A stretch of DNA of 64,000 nucleotides. It comes from Takakia lepidozioides (Eukaryota > Plantae > Bryophyta). A program made the position numbers and the translations under genes. The notes under the pieces are model-generated. The model was not told the DNA's origin. It saw only the letters and a list, made by a program, of their open reading frames with translations, and did no database searches. Shown piece by piece: positions 50,701-64,000 of this stretch (positions are counted from its first letter, which is position 1; the number at the start of each line of letters is the position of its first letter). Location of the stretch: contig CM060734.1 of assembly GCA_030704615.1 (NCBI GenBank), positions 14,384,001 to 14,448,000 on the forward strand, in the 5' to 3' direction.

Positions 50701-53700
50701 CAGAGAGGGAAGATACGTATGTCTCGTCGAGACATGGACAAAGACCCGACAAGGTCATTGTAAAATTAACGACGAATCAGCCTCGTTATCAACCATTCTT
50801 CATTCACAAGTCAGCTTTATGACAAATCCCAGACTTCAAAGTCAATGAAGTCTCTGGGTGGGAAAAATTAGAGACTCAATTACCACTGTTCATAGCAGGA
50901 AACCGTTGTTCGGCATGCTAAAAAGTGCCATTCATGACATGCCATGTCATTCGGTCTGTATTTTTTGGTCAGCTTACATACCAAGGCATAACCAACCATC
51001 CTAATTTATTGTTGGCCCAAAAACTAGTATAGTTTTGGGTTCTTTGTATCATTGGACATACCAAAGTGACTGAGCAGTAAGTATCCATGTCCAAATAAAG
51101 ATCCATTGATCACTGTTCATGGCTGGAAATGTCTGTTGGTCTTAAAGAAGCCATTTATGATCATAGAAGGCGTAAGAACAAAATAAGAGCATTTCTTTAC
51201 ATAGAGAACATCACCAAAGCAGGGTTACGGACTGATATTTGGCAGCTTATACAACGGGGTGTAATCAGCCGCCCTATTTCGCACATCAAGTCACTTATTG
51301 ACACCATGTTTTTTTGCCCCGTGATCTGTTTTAGATCTGGGGCTGGTGTGTAATTTCAATGGTAGGGTAGAGTAATATTCCCACCTCTTATTCCATGCCC
51401 CAAGACCAAGTTCTATGTCTGGGGTAGGGAAATCATTACCATAACAGGCTGTAATCAGATTTGCATGCCATGCAATCATCCATAGGAAACACAAGAATCT
51501 GAATTGCTCATCCCATCAGGCCTGCAGGTTACTTTGGTATTATTTATCCTAAAGCAACTTGAATACAATGCCCGAATCATTCTCTTCACATCTACCAATG
51601 TCTTACCGTTTTGGAAAATAGGTAAACATTCGAGGGCATATAACCAAGGACCGGATTTGGCCACGAAAGATCCATCCATATCAGTTTGGCATGGTATCAA
51701 GTGTCCTAAAGTAACCAGCTTCTAAAAGAGGCTAGTTTCCAATGCTTGTACATTCAAGAACACCGTCTGGTCATGAAAACAGGTCTGCCCTACATTGTAG
51801 CATGTTACCAGATCTCTTTAAAGCCATCAGCTCGTCATATCGTTGCTCCATTGTCACATCAGTATGCCATAGGGAACAAGAGATAGTCGCCCTAATGATT
51901 GTCATAAAGTAACAATCGGGAAATCTTATATCAGACTTTTAGTGTTTACCCACCCCTTGTTTTGGGTGTACAAAACCAAAGGGGGCAGGTATTGGGACTT
52001 AGGTAATGAAGTCTGGCAGGGGTTTACCACCTGGTTATATTCAGACAAAACATCTACCAGCAGCATATCATAATTGGGTATTTTTTTTATGGTGCTATAA
52101 AGAGCAAAGCCATAACCAGGAGAAACATGGAAACATTTGAGCCAAAGAAATGGAACTCATTCTTATCATAAGGTATCTAAATCTGACATAAGGCATCGGC
52201 TACAGGGGACCGGCAAACAAGAGTAATGTGCATTGACCGGATCATGTATAAGGTGTACACGTCTACTCCAGCAAGCTGTCTTACCAAGGCCTAGCTCAAA
52301 ATTTCAGCATTCAGAAGCCCTATAGATGTTCTATGCTTATCTCAGGTACCTTCAAGGATGCCTTACTCTCCATGACCAATTAGCCAACATATTTTTGCTG
52401 GAGAAGATCTTACCTTATGAAGGACTTGCTTGCTCCACACCATGGTCATGGCGGGAGAGGAGGCTGATATCTCATGGCTTTGGCCTTCCCATTGCCTTGG
52501 GTTCGTCACTTCAATCAGGAACATATATTGATAACCTTTTGTCATGCTCAGACCAAGGTGTTAGTAAATCAAACATAAAACCGAAAACAGAAGGGAGATT
52601 GGTTGATAATGTGTACAAGAACCACCAAGTACACTGGTCTAAATCAGAGAGGGAAGATACGTATGTCTCGTCGAGACATGGACAAAGACCCGACAAGGTC
52701 ATTGTAAAATTAACGACGAATCAGCCTCGTTATCAACCATTCTTCATTCACAAGTCAGCTTTATGACAAATCCCAGACTTCAAAGTCAATGAAGTCTCTG
52801 GGTGGGAAAAATTAGAGACTCAATTACCACTGTTCATAGCAGGAAACCGTTGTTCGGCATGCTAAAAAGTGCCATTCATGACATGCCATGTCATTCGGTC
52901 TGTATTTTTGGTCAGCTTACATACCAAGGCATAACCAACCATCCTAATTTATTGTTGGCCCAAAAACTAGTATAGTTTTGGGTTCTTTGTATCATTGGAC
53001 ATACCAAAGTGACTGAGCAGTAAGTATCCATGTCCAAATAAAGATCCATTGATCACTGTTCATGGCTGGAAATGTCTGTTGGTCTTAAAGAAGCCATTTA
53101 TGATCATAGAAGGCGTAAGAACAAAATAAGAGCATTTCTTTACATAGAGAACATCACCAAAGCAGGGTTACGGACTGATATTTGGCAGCTTATACAACGG
53201 GGTGTAATCAGCCGCCCTATTTCGCACATCAAGTCACTTATTGACACCATGTTTTTTGCCCCGTGATCTGTTTTAGATCTGGGGCTGGTGTGTAATTTCA
53301 ATGGTAGGGTAGAGTAATATTCCCACCTCTTATTCCATGCCCCAAGACCAAGTTCTATGTCTGGGGTAAGGGAAATCATTACCATAACAGGCTGTAATCA
53401 GATTTGCATGCCATGCAATCATCCATAGGAAACACAAAGAATCTGAATTGCTTCATCCCATCAGGCCTGCAGGTTACTTTGGTATTATTTATCCTAAAGC
53501 AACTTGAATACAATGCCCGAATCATTCTCTTCACATCTACCAATGTCTTACCGTTTTGGAAAATAGGTAAACATTCGAGGGCATATAACCAAGGACCGGA
53601 TTTGGCCACGAAAGATCCATCCAATATCAGTTTGGCATGGTATCAAGTGTCCTAAAGTAACCAGCTTCTAAAGAGGCTGAGTTTCCAATGCTTGTACATT

Positions 53701-56700
53701 CAAGAACACCGTCTGGTCATGAAACAGGTCTGCCCTACATTGTAGCATGTTACCAGATCTCTTTAAAGCCATCAGCTCGTCATATCTTGCTCCTTGTCAC
53801 ATCAGTATGCCATAGGGAACAAGAGATAGTCGCCCTAATGATTGTCATAAAGTAACAATCGGGAAATCTTATATCAGACTTTTAGTGTTTACCCACCCCT
53901 GTTTTGGGTGTACAAACCAAAGGGGCAGGTATTGGGACTTAGGTAATGAAGTCTGGCAGGGGTTTACCACCTGGTTATTCAGACAAAACATCTACCAGCA
54001 GCATATCATAATTGGGTATTTTTTTTATGGTGCTATAAAGAGCAAAGCCATAACCAGGAGAAACATGAAACATTGAGCCAAAGAAATGGAACTCATTCTT
54101 ATCATAAGGTATCTAAATCTGACATAAGGCATCGGCTACAGGGGACCGGCAAACAAGAGTAATGTGCATTGACCGGATCATGTATAAGGTGTACACGTCT
54201 ACTCCAGCAAGCTGTCTTACCAAGGCTAGCTCAAAATTTCAGCATTCAGAAGCCCTATAGATGTTCTATGCTTATCTCAGGTACCTTCAAGGATGCCTTA
54301 CTCTCCATGACCAATTAGCCAACATATTTTGGCTGGAGAAGATCTTACCTTATGAAGGACTTGCTTGCTCCACACCATGGTCATGGCGGGAGAGGAGGCT
54401 GATATCTCATGGCTTTGGCCTTCCCATTGCCTTGGGTTCGTCACTTCAATCAGGAACATATATTGATAACCTTTTGTCATGCTCAGACCAAGGTGTTAGT
54501 AAATCAAACATAAAACCGAAAACAGAAGGGAGATTGGTTGATAATGTGTACAAGAACCACCAAGTACACTGGTCTAAATCAGAGAGGGAAGATACGTATG
54601 TCTCGTCGAGACATGGACAAAGACCCGACAAGGTCATTGTAAAATTAACGACGAATCAGCCTCGTTATCAACCATTCTTCATTCACAAGTCAGCTTTATG
54701 ACAAATCCCAGACTTCAAAGTCAATGAAGTCTCTGGGTGGGAAAAATTAGAGACTCAATTACCACTGTTCATAGCAGGAAACCGTTGTTCGGCATGCTAA
54801 AAAGTGCCATTCATGACATGCCATGTCATTCGGTCTGTATTTTTTGGTCAGCTTACATACCAAGGCATAACCAACCATCCTAATTTATTGTTGGCCCAAA
54901 AACTAGTATAGTTTTGGGTTCTTTGTATCATTGGACATACCAAAGTGACCGAGCAGTAAGTATCCATGTCCAAATAAAGATCCATTGATCACTGTTCATG
55001 GCTGGAAATGTCTGTTGGTCTTAAAGAAGCCATTTATGATCATAGAAGGCGTAAGAACAAAATAAGAGCATTTCTTTACATAGAGAACATCACCAAAGCA
55101 GGGTTACGGACTGATATTTGGCAGCTTATACAACGGGGTGTAATCAGCCGCCGCCCTATTTCGCACATCAAGTCACTTATTGACACCATGTTTTTTGCCC
55201 CGTGATCTGTTTTAGATCTGGGGCTGGTGTGTAATTTCAATGGTAGGGTAGAGTAATATTCCCCCCTCTATTCCATGCCCCAAGACCAAGTTCTATGTCT
55301 GGGGTAGGGAAATCATTACCATAACAGGCTGTAATCAGATTTGCATGCCATGCAATCATCCATAGGAAACACAAAGAATCTGAATTGCTCATCCCATCAG
55401 GCCTGCAGGTTACTTTGGTATTATTTATCCTAAAGCAACTTGAATACAATGCCCGAATCATTCTCTTCACATCTACCAATGTCTTACCGTTTTGGAAAAT
55501 AGGTAAACATTCGAGGGCATATAACCAAGGACCGGATTTGGCCACGAAAGATCCATCCATATCAGTTTGGCATGGTATCAAGTGTCCTAAAGTAACCAGC
55601 TTCTAAAAGAGGCTAAGTTTCCAATGCTTGTACATTCAAGAACACCGTCTGGTCATGAAAACAGGTCTGCCCTACATTGTAGCATGTTACCAGATCTCTT
55701 TAAAGCCATCAGCTCGTCATATCGTTGCTCCATTGTCACATCAGTATGCCATAGGGAACAAGAGATAGTCGCCCTAATGATTGTCATAAAGTAACAATCG
55801 GGAAATCTTATATCAGACTTTTAGTGTTTACCCACCCCTTGTTTTGGGTGTACAAAACCAAAGGGGGCAGGTATTGGGACTTAGGTAATGAAGTCTGGCA
55901 GGGGTTTACCACCTGGTTATATTCAGACAAACATCTACCAGCAGCATATCATAATTGGGTATTTTTTTTTGGTGCTATAAAGAGCAAAGCCATAACCAGG
56001 AGAAACATGGAAACATTTGAGCCAAAGAAATGGAACTCATTCTTATCATAAGGTATCTAAATCTGACATAAGGCATCGGCTACAGGGGACCGGCAAACAA
56101 GAGTAATGTGCATTGACCGGATCATGTATAAGGTGTACACGTCTACTCCAGCAAGCTGTCTTACCAAGGCCTAGCTCAAAATTTCAGCATTCAGAAGCCC
56201 TATAGATGTTCTATGCTTATCTCAGGTACCTTCAAGGATGCCTTACTCTCCATGACCAATTAGCCAACATATTTTTGCTGGAGAAGATCTTACCTTATGA
56301 AGGACTTGCTTGCTCCACACCATGGTCATGGCGGGAGAGGAGGCTGATATCTCATGGCTTTGGCCTTCCCATTGCCTTGGGTTCGTCACTTCAATCAGGA
56401 ACATATATTGATAACCTTTTGTCATGCTCAGACCAAGGTGTTAGTAAATCAAACATAAAACCGAAAACAGAAGGGAGATTGGTTGATAATGTGTACAAGA
56501 ACCACCAAGTACACTGGTCTAAATCAGAGAGGGAAGATACGTATGTCTCGTCGAGACATGGACAAAGACCCGACAAGGTCATTGTAAAATTAACGACGAA
56601 TCAGCCTCGTTATCAACCATTCTTCATTCACAAGTCAGCTTTATGACAAATCCCAGACTTCAAAGTCAATGAAGTCTCTGGGTGGGAAAAATTAGAGACT

Positions 56701-59700
56701 CAATTACCACTGTTCATAGCAGGAAACCGTTGTTCGGCATGCTAAAAAGTGCCATTCATGACATGCCATGTCATTCGGCCTGTATTTTTTGGTCAGCTTA
56801 CATACCAAGGCATAACCAACCATCCTAATTTATTGTTGGCCCAAAAACTAGTATAGTTTTGGGTTCTTTGTATCATTGGACATACCAAAGTGACTGAGCA
56901 GTAAGTATCCATGTCCAAATAAAGATCCATTGATCACTGTTCATGGCTGGAAATGTCTGTTGGTCTTAAAGAAGCCATTTATGATCATAGAAGGCGTAAG
57001 AACAAAATAAGAGCATTTCTTTACATAGAGAACATCACCAAAGCAGGGTTACGGACTGATATTTGGCAGCTTATACAACGGGGTGTAATCAGCCGCCCTA
57101 TTTCGCACATCAAGTCACTTATTGACACCATGTTTTTTGCCCCATGATCTGTTTTAGATCTGGGGCTGGTGTGTAATTTCAATGGTAGGGTAGAGTAATA
57201 TTCCCCCTCTTATTCCATGCCCCAAGACCAAGTTCTATGTCTGGGGTAGGGAAATCATTACCATAACAGGCTGTAATCAGATTTGCATGCCATGCAATCA
57301 TCCATAGGAAACACAAAGAATCTGAATTGCTCATCCCATCAGGCCTGCAGGTTACTTTGGTATATTTATCCTAAAGCAACTTGAATACAATGCCCGAATC
57401 ATTCTCTTCACATCTACCAATGTCTTACCCGTTTTGGAAAATAGGTAAACATTCGAGGGCATATAACCAAGGACCGGATTTGGCCACGAAAGATCCATCC
57501 ATATCAGTTTGGCATGGTATCAAGTGTCCTAAAGTAACCAGCTTCTAAAAGAGGCTAAGTTTCCAATGCTTGTACATTCAAGAACACCGTCTGGTCATGA
57601 AAACAGGTCTGCCCTACATTGTAGCATGTTACCAGATCTCTTTAAAGCCATCAGCTCGTCATATCGTTGCTCCATTGTCACATCAGTATGCCATAGGGAA
57701 CAAGAGATAGTCGCCCTAATGATTGTCATAAAGTAACAATCGGGAAATCTTATATCAGACTTTTAGTGTTTACCCACCCCTGTTTTGGGTGTACAAAACC
57801 AAAGGGGGCAGGTATTGGGACTTAGGTAATGAAGTCTGGCAGGGGTTTACCACCTGGTTATATTCAGACAAAACATCTACCAGCAGCATATCATAATTGG
57901 GTATTTTTTTTTATGGTGCTATAAAGAGCAAAGCCATAACCAGGAGAAACATGGAAACATTTGAGCCAAGAAATGGAACTCATTCTTATCATAAGGTATC
58001 TAAATCTGACATAAGGCATCGGCTACAGGGGACCGGCAAACAAGAGTAATGTGCATTGACCGGATCATGTATAAGGTGTACACGTCTACTCCAGCAAGCT
58101 GTCTTACCAAGGCCTAGCTCAAAATTTCAGCATTCAGAAGCCCTATAGATGTTCTATGCTTATCTCAGGTACCTTCAAGGATGCCTTACTCTCCATGACC
58201 AATTAGCCAACATATTTTTGCTGGAGAAGATCTTACCTTATGAAGGACTTGCTTGCTCCACACCATGGTCATGGCGGGAGAGGAGGCTGATATCTCATGG
58301 CTTTGGCCTTCCCATTGCCTTGGGTTCGTCACTTCAATCAGGAACATATATTGATAACCTTTTGTCATGCTCAGACCAAGGTGTTAGTAAATCAAACATA
58401 AAACGAAAACAGAAGGGAGATTGGTTGATAATGTGTACAAGAACCACCAAGTACACTGGTCTAAATCAGAGAGGGAAGATACGTATGTCTCGTCGAGACA
58501 TGGACAAAGACCCGACAAGGTCATTGTAAAATTAACGACGAATCAGCCTCGTTATCAACCATTCTTCATTCATTCACAAGTCAGCTTTATGACAAATCCC
58601 AGACTTCAAAGTCAATGAAGTCTCTGGGTGGGAAAAATTAGAGACTCAATTACCACTGTTCATAGCAGGAAACCGTTGTTCGGCATGCTAAAAAGTGCCA
58701 TTCATGACATGCCATGTCATTCGGTCTGTATTTTTTGGTCAGCTTACATACCAAGGCATAACAACCAACCATCCTAATTTATTGTTGGCCCAAAAACTAG
58801 TATAGTTTTGGGTTTTTGTATCATTGGACATACCAAAGTGACTGAGCAGTAAGTATCCATGTCCAAATAAAGATCCATTGATCACTGTTCATGGCTGGAA
58901 ATGTCTGTTGGTCTTAAAGAAGCCATTTATGATCATAGAAGGCGTAAGAACAAAATAAGAGCATTTCTTTACATAGAGAACATCACCAAAGCAGGGTTAC
59001 GGACTGATATTTGGCAGCTTATACAACGGGGTGTAATCAGCGCCCTATTTCGCACATCAAGTCACTTATTGACACCATGTTTTTTGCCCCGTGATCTGTT
59101 TTAGATCTGGGGCTGGTGTGTAATTTCAATGGTAGGGTAGAGTAATATTCCCCCTCTTATTCCATGCCCCAAGACCAAGTTCTATGTCTGGGGTAGGGAA
59201 ATCATTACCATAACAGGCTGTAATCAGATTTGCATGCCATGCAATCATCCATAGGAAACACAAAGAATCTGAAATTGCTCATCCCATCAGGCCTGCAGGT
59301 TACTTTGGTATTATTTATCCTAAAGCAACTTGAATACAATGCCCGAATCATTCTCTTCACATCTACCAATGTCTTACCGTTTTGGAAAATAGGTAAACAT
59401 TCGAGGGCATATAACCAAGGACCGGATTTGGCCACGAAAGATCCATCCATATCAGTTTGGCATGGTATCAAGTGTCCTAAAGTAACCAGCTTCTAAAAGA
59501 GGCTGAGTTTCCAATGCTTGTACATTCAAGAACACCGTCTGGTCATGAAAACAGGTCTGCCCTACATTGTAGCATGTTACCAGATCTCTTTAAAGCCATC
59601 AGCTCGTCATATCGTTGCTCCATTGTCACATCAGTATGCCATAGGGAACAAGAGATAGTCGCCCTAATGATTGTCATAAAGTAACAATCGGGAAATCTTA

Positions 59701-62700
59701 TATCAGACTTTTAGTGTTTACCCACCCCTTGTTTTGGGTGTACAAAACCAAAGGGGGCAGGTATTGGGACTTAGGTAATGAAGTCTGGCAGGGGTTTACC
59801 ACCTGGTTATATTCAGACAAAACATCTACCAGCAGCATATCATAATTGGGTATTTTTTTATGGTGCTATAAAGAGCAAAGCCATAACCAGGAGAAACATG
59901 GAAACATTTGAGCCAAAGAAATGGAACTCATTCTTATCATAAGGTATCTAAATCTGACATAAGGCATCGGCTACAGGGGACCGGCAAACAAGAGTAATGT
60001 GCATTGACCGGATCATGTATAAGGTGTACACGTCTACTCCAGCAAGCTGTCTTACCAAGGCCTAGCTCAAAATTTCAGCATTCAGAAGCCCTATAGATGT
60101 TCTATGCTTATCTCAGGTACCTTCAAGGATGCCTTACTCTCCATGACCAATTAGCCAACATATTTTTGCTGGAGAAGATCTTACCTTATGAAGGACTTGC
60201 TTGCTCCACACCATGGTCATGGCGGGAGAGGAGGCTGATATCTCATGGCTTTGGCCTTCCCATTGCCTTGGGTTCGTCACTTCAATCAGGAACATATATT
60301 GATAACCTTTTGTCATGCTCAGACCAAGGTGTTAGTAAATCAAACATAAAACCGAAAACAGAAGGGAGATTGGTTGATAATGTGTACAAGAACCACCAAG
60401 TACACTGGTCTAAATCAGAGAGGGAAGATACGTATGTCTCGTCGAGACATGGACAAAGACCCGACAAGGTCATTGTAAAATTAACGACGAATCAGCCTCG
60501 TTATCAACCATTCTTCATTCACAAGTCAGCTTTATGACAAATCCCAGACTTCAAAGTCAATGAAGTCTCTGGGTGGGAAAATTAGAGACTCAATTACCAC
60601 TGTTCATAGCAGGAAACCGTTGTTCGGCATGCTAAAAAGTGCCATTCATGACATGCCATGTCATTCGGTCTGTATTTTTTGGTCAGCTTACATACCAAGG
60701 CATAACCAACCATCCTAATTTATTGTTGGCCCAAAAACTAGTATAGTTTTGGGTTCTTTGTATCATTGGACATACCAAAGTGACTGAGCAGTAAGTATCC
60801 ATGTCCAAATAAAGATCCATTGATCACTGTTCATGGCTGGAAATGTCTGTTGGTCTTAAAGAAGCCATTTATGATCATAGAAGGCGTAAGAACAAAATAA
60901 GAGCATTTCTTTACATAGAGAACATCACCAAAGCAGGGTTACGGACTGATATTTGGCAGCTTATACAACGGGGTGTAATCAGCGCCCTATTTCGCACATC
61001 AAGTCACTTATTGACACCATGTTTTTTGCCCCGTGATCTGTTTTAGATCTGGGGCTGGTGTGTAATTTCAATGGTAGGGTAGAGTAATATTCCCCCCTCT
61101 TATTCCATGCCCCAAGACCAAGTTCTATGTCTGGGGTAGGGAAATCATTACCATAACAGGCTGTAATCAGATTTGCATGCCATGCAATCATCCATAGGAA
61201 ACACAAAGAATCTGAATTGCTCATCCCATCAGGCCTGCAGGTTACTTTGGTATATTTATCCTAAAGCAACTTGAATACAATGCCCGAATCATTCTCTTCA
61301 CATCTACCAATGTCTTACCGTTTTGGAAAATAGGTAAACATTCGAGGGCATATAACCAAGGACCGGATTTGGCCACGAAAGATCCATCCATATCAGTTTG
61401 GCATGGTATCAAGTGTCCTAAAGTAACCAGCTTCTAAAAGAGGCTAAGTTTCCAATGCTTGTACATTCAAGAACACCGTCTGGTCATGAAAACAGGTCTG
61501 CCCTACATTGTAGCATGTTACCAGATCTCTTTAAAGCCATCAGCTCGTCATATCGTTGCTCCATTGTCACATCAGTATGCCATAGGGAACAAGAGATAGT
61601 CGCCCTAATGATTGTCATAAAGTAACAATCGGGAAATCTTATATCAGACTTTTAGTGTTTACCCACCCCTTGTTTTGGGTGTACAAAACCAAAGGGGGCA
61701 GGTATTGGGACTTAGGTAATGAAGTCTGGCAGGGGTTTACCACCTGGTTATATTCAGACAAAACATCTACCAGCAGCATATCATAATTGGGTATTTTTTT
61801 TTATGGTGCTATAAAGAGCAAAGCCATAACCAGGAGAAACACGGAAACATTTGAGCCAAAGAAATGGAACTCATTCTTATCATAAGGTATCTAAATCTGA
61901 CATAAGGCATCGGCTACAGGGGACCGGCAAACAAGAGTAATGTGCATTGACCGGATCATGTATAAGGTGTACACGTCTACTCCAGCAAGCTGTCTTACCA
62001 AGGCCTAGCTCAAAATTTCAGCATTCAGAAGCCCTATAGATGTTCTATGCTTATCTCAGGTACCTTCAAGGATGCCTTACTCTCCATGACCAATTAGCCA
62101 ACATATTTTGCTGGAGAAGATCTTACCTTATGAAGGACTTGCTTGCTCCACACCATGGTCATGGCGGGGAGAGGAGGCTGATATCTCATGGCTTTGGCCT
62201 TCCCATTGCCTTGGGTTCGTCACTTCAATCAGGAACATATATTGATAACCTTTTGTCATGCTCAGACCAAGGTGTTAGTAAATCAAACATAAAACCGAAA
62301 ACAGAAGGGAGATTGGATAATGTGTACAAGAACCACCAAGTACACTGGTCTAAATCAGAGAGGGAAGATACGTATGTCTCGTCGAGACATGGACAAAGAC
62401 CGACAAGGTCATTGTAAAATTAACGACGAATCAGCCTCGTTATCAACCATTCTTCATTCACAAGTCAGCTTTATGACAAATCCCAGACTTCAAAGTCAAT
62501 GAAGTCTCTGGGTGGGAAAAATTAGAGACTCAATTACCACTGTTCATAGCAGGAAACCGTTGTTCGGCATGCTACAAAAAGTGCCATTCATGACATGCCA
62601 TGTCATTCGGTCTGTATTTTTTGGTCAGCTTACATACCAAGGCATAACCAACCATCCTAATTTATGTTGCCCAAAAACTAGTATAGTTTTGGGTTCTTTG

Positions 62701-64000
62701 TATCATTGGACATACCAAAGTGACTGAGCAGTAAGTATCCATGTCCAAATAAAGATCCATTGATCACTGTTCATGGCTGGAAATGTCTGTTGGTTAAAGA
62801 AAGCCATTTATGATCATAGAAGGCGTAAGAACAAAATAAGAGCATTTCTTTACATAGAGAACATCACCAAAGCAGGGTTACGGACTGATATTTGGCAGCT
62901 TATACAACGGGGTGTAATCAGCCGCCCTATTTTCGCACATCAAGTCACTTATTGACACCATGTTTTTTGCCCCGTGATCTGTTTTAGATCTGGGGCTGGT
63001 GTGTAATTTCAATGGTAGGGTAGAGTAATATTTCCACCTCTTATTCCATGCCCCAAGACCAAGTTCTATGTCTGGGGTAGGGAAATCATTACCATAACAG
63101 GCTGTAATCAGATTTGCATGCCATGCAATCATCCATAGGAAACACAAAGAATCTGAATTGCTCATCCCATCAGGCCTGCAGGTTACTTTGGTATTATTTA
63201 TCCTAAAAGCAACTTGAATTGCCCGAATCATTCTCTTCACATCTACCAATGTCTTACCGTTTTGGAAAATAGGTAAACATTCGAGGGCATATAACCAAGG
63301 ACCGGGATTGGCACGAAAGATCCATCCATATCAGTTTTGGCATGGTATCAAGTGTCCTAAAGTAACCAGCTTCTAAAAGAGGCTGAGTTTCCAATGCTTG
63401 TACATTCAAGAACACCGTCTGGTCATGAAAACAGGTCTGCCCTACATTGTAGCATGTTACCAGATCTCTTTAAAGCCATCAGCTCGTCATATCGTTGCTC
63501 CATTGTCACATCAGTATGCCATAGGGAACAAGAGATAGTCGCCCTAATGATTGTCATAAAGTAACAATCGGGAAATCTTATATCAGACTTTTAGTGTTTA
63601 CCCACCCCTTGTTTTGGGTGTACAAAACCAAAGGGGGGCAGGTATTGGGACTTAGGTAATGAAGTCTGGCAGGGGTTTACCACCTGGTTATATTCAGACA
63701 AAACATCTACCAGCAGCATATCATAATTGGGTATTTTTTTTTTATGGTGCTATAAAGAGCAAAGCCATAACCAGGAGAAACACGGAAACATTTGAGCCAA
63801 AGAAATGGAACTCATTCTTATCATAAGGTATCTAAATCTGACATAAGGCATCGGCTACAGGGGACCGGCAAACAGAGTAATGTGCATTGACGGATCATGT
63901 ATAAGGTGTACACGTCTACTCCAGCAAGCTGTCTTACCAAGGCCTAGCTCAAAATTTCAGCATTCAGAAGCCCTATAGATGTTCTATGCTTATCTCAGGT
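35780..64000. repeat. Macrosatellite, ~1.94-kb unit x ~14.5 copies (continues past the window), derived from a degenerate L1 fragment on the - strand
   Basis: Marker cctatttcg(g)cacatc at ~35789, 37720, 39648, 41588, 43534, 45451, 47390, 49326, 51273, 53216, 55155, 57097, 59044, 60986 and 62925. The - strand shows eroded L1 motifs in order: YRASE, VRFRYL, WFCTPKTRGG, CSLCKEMLLFC..SLWY. Confidence 0.95.

Noticed and set aside
35790-63249. Recurring short ORFs in the satellite (MFYAYLRY..., MSVGLKEA..., MIPCQTDM...) as a gene array
   Set aside because: They are chance frames of a decayed LINE, broken differently between units and without domains.

Overview
Eukaryotic, repeat-rich window, most likely from a non-seed land plant (inferred from the plant-type PIEZO and the TE families). 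In order: (i) 1-3170, a spliced, pseudogenised gene ending in a beta-class (N4C/N6A-type) DNA amino-methyltransferase domain, with 26-bp palindromes in its introns; (ii) 3.6-5.5 kb, a degenerate coiled-coil ORF, probably TE-derived; (iii) 8681-24784 (-), a 5'-truncated, damaged PIEZO mechanosensitive channel gene. Its introns hold many RTE-X-like LINE copies that end at (CT)n/(GA)n repeats, three of them stacked at one site between four copies of a 12-bp target duplication; (iv) 24.8-35.8 kb, an unclassified element with 53-bp-periodic arrays (30-bp palindromic repeat + 23-nt variable spacer) and a SWIM zinc-finger gene remnant. A Harbinger/Tourist-type MITE, an L1 LINE and a PHD-finger Gypsy element lie within it, with an assembly gap at 33681-34180; (v) 35780-64000, about 14.5 near-identical head-to-tail copies of a ~1.94-kb unit derived from a dead L1 fragment. 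All calls come from reading motifs by eye; no database search was run.
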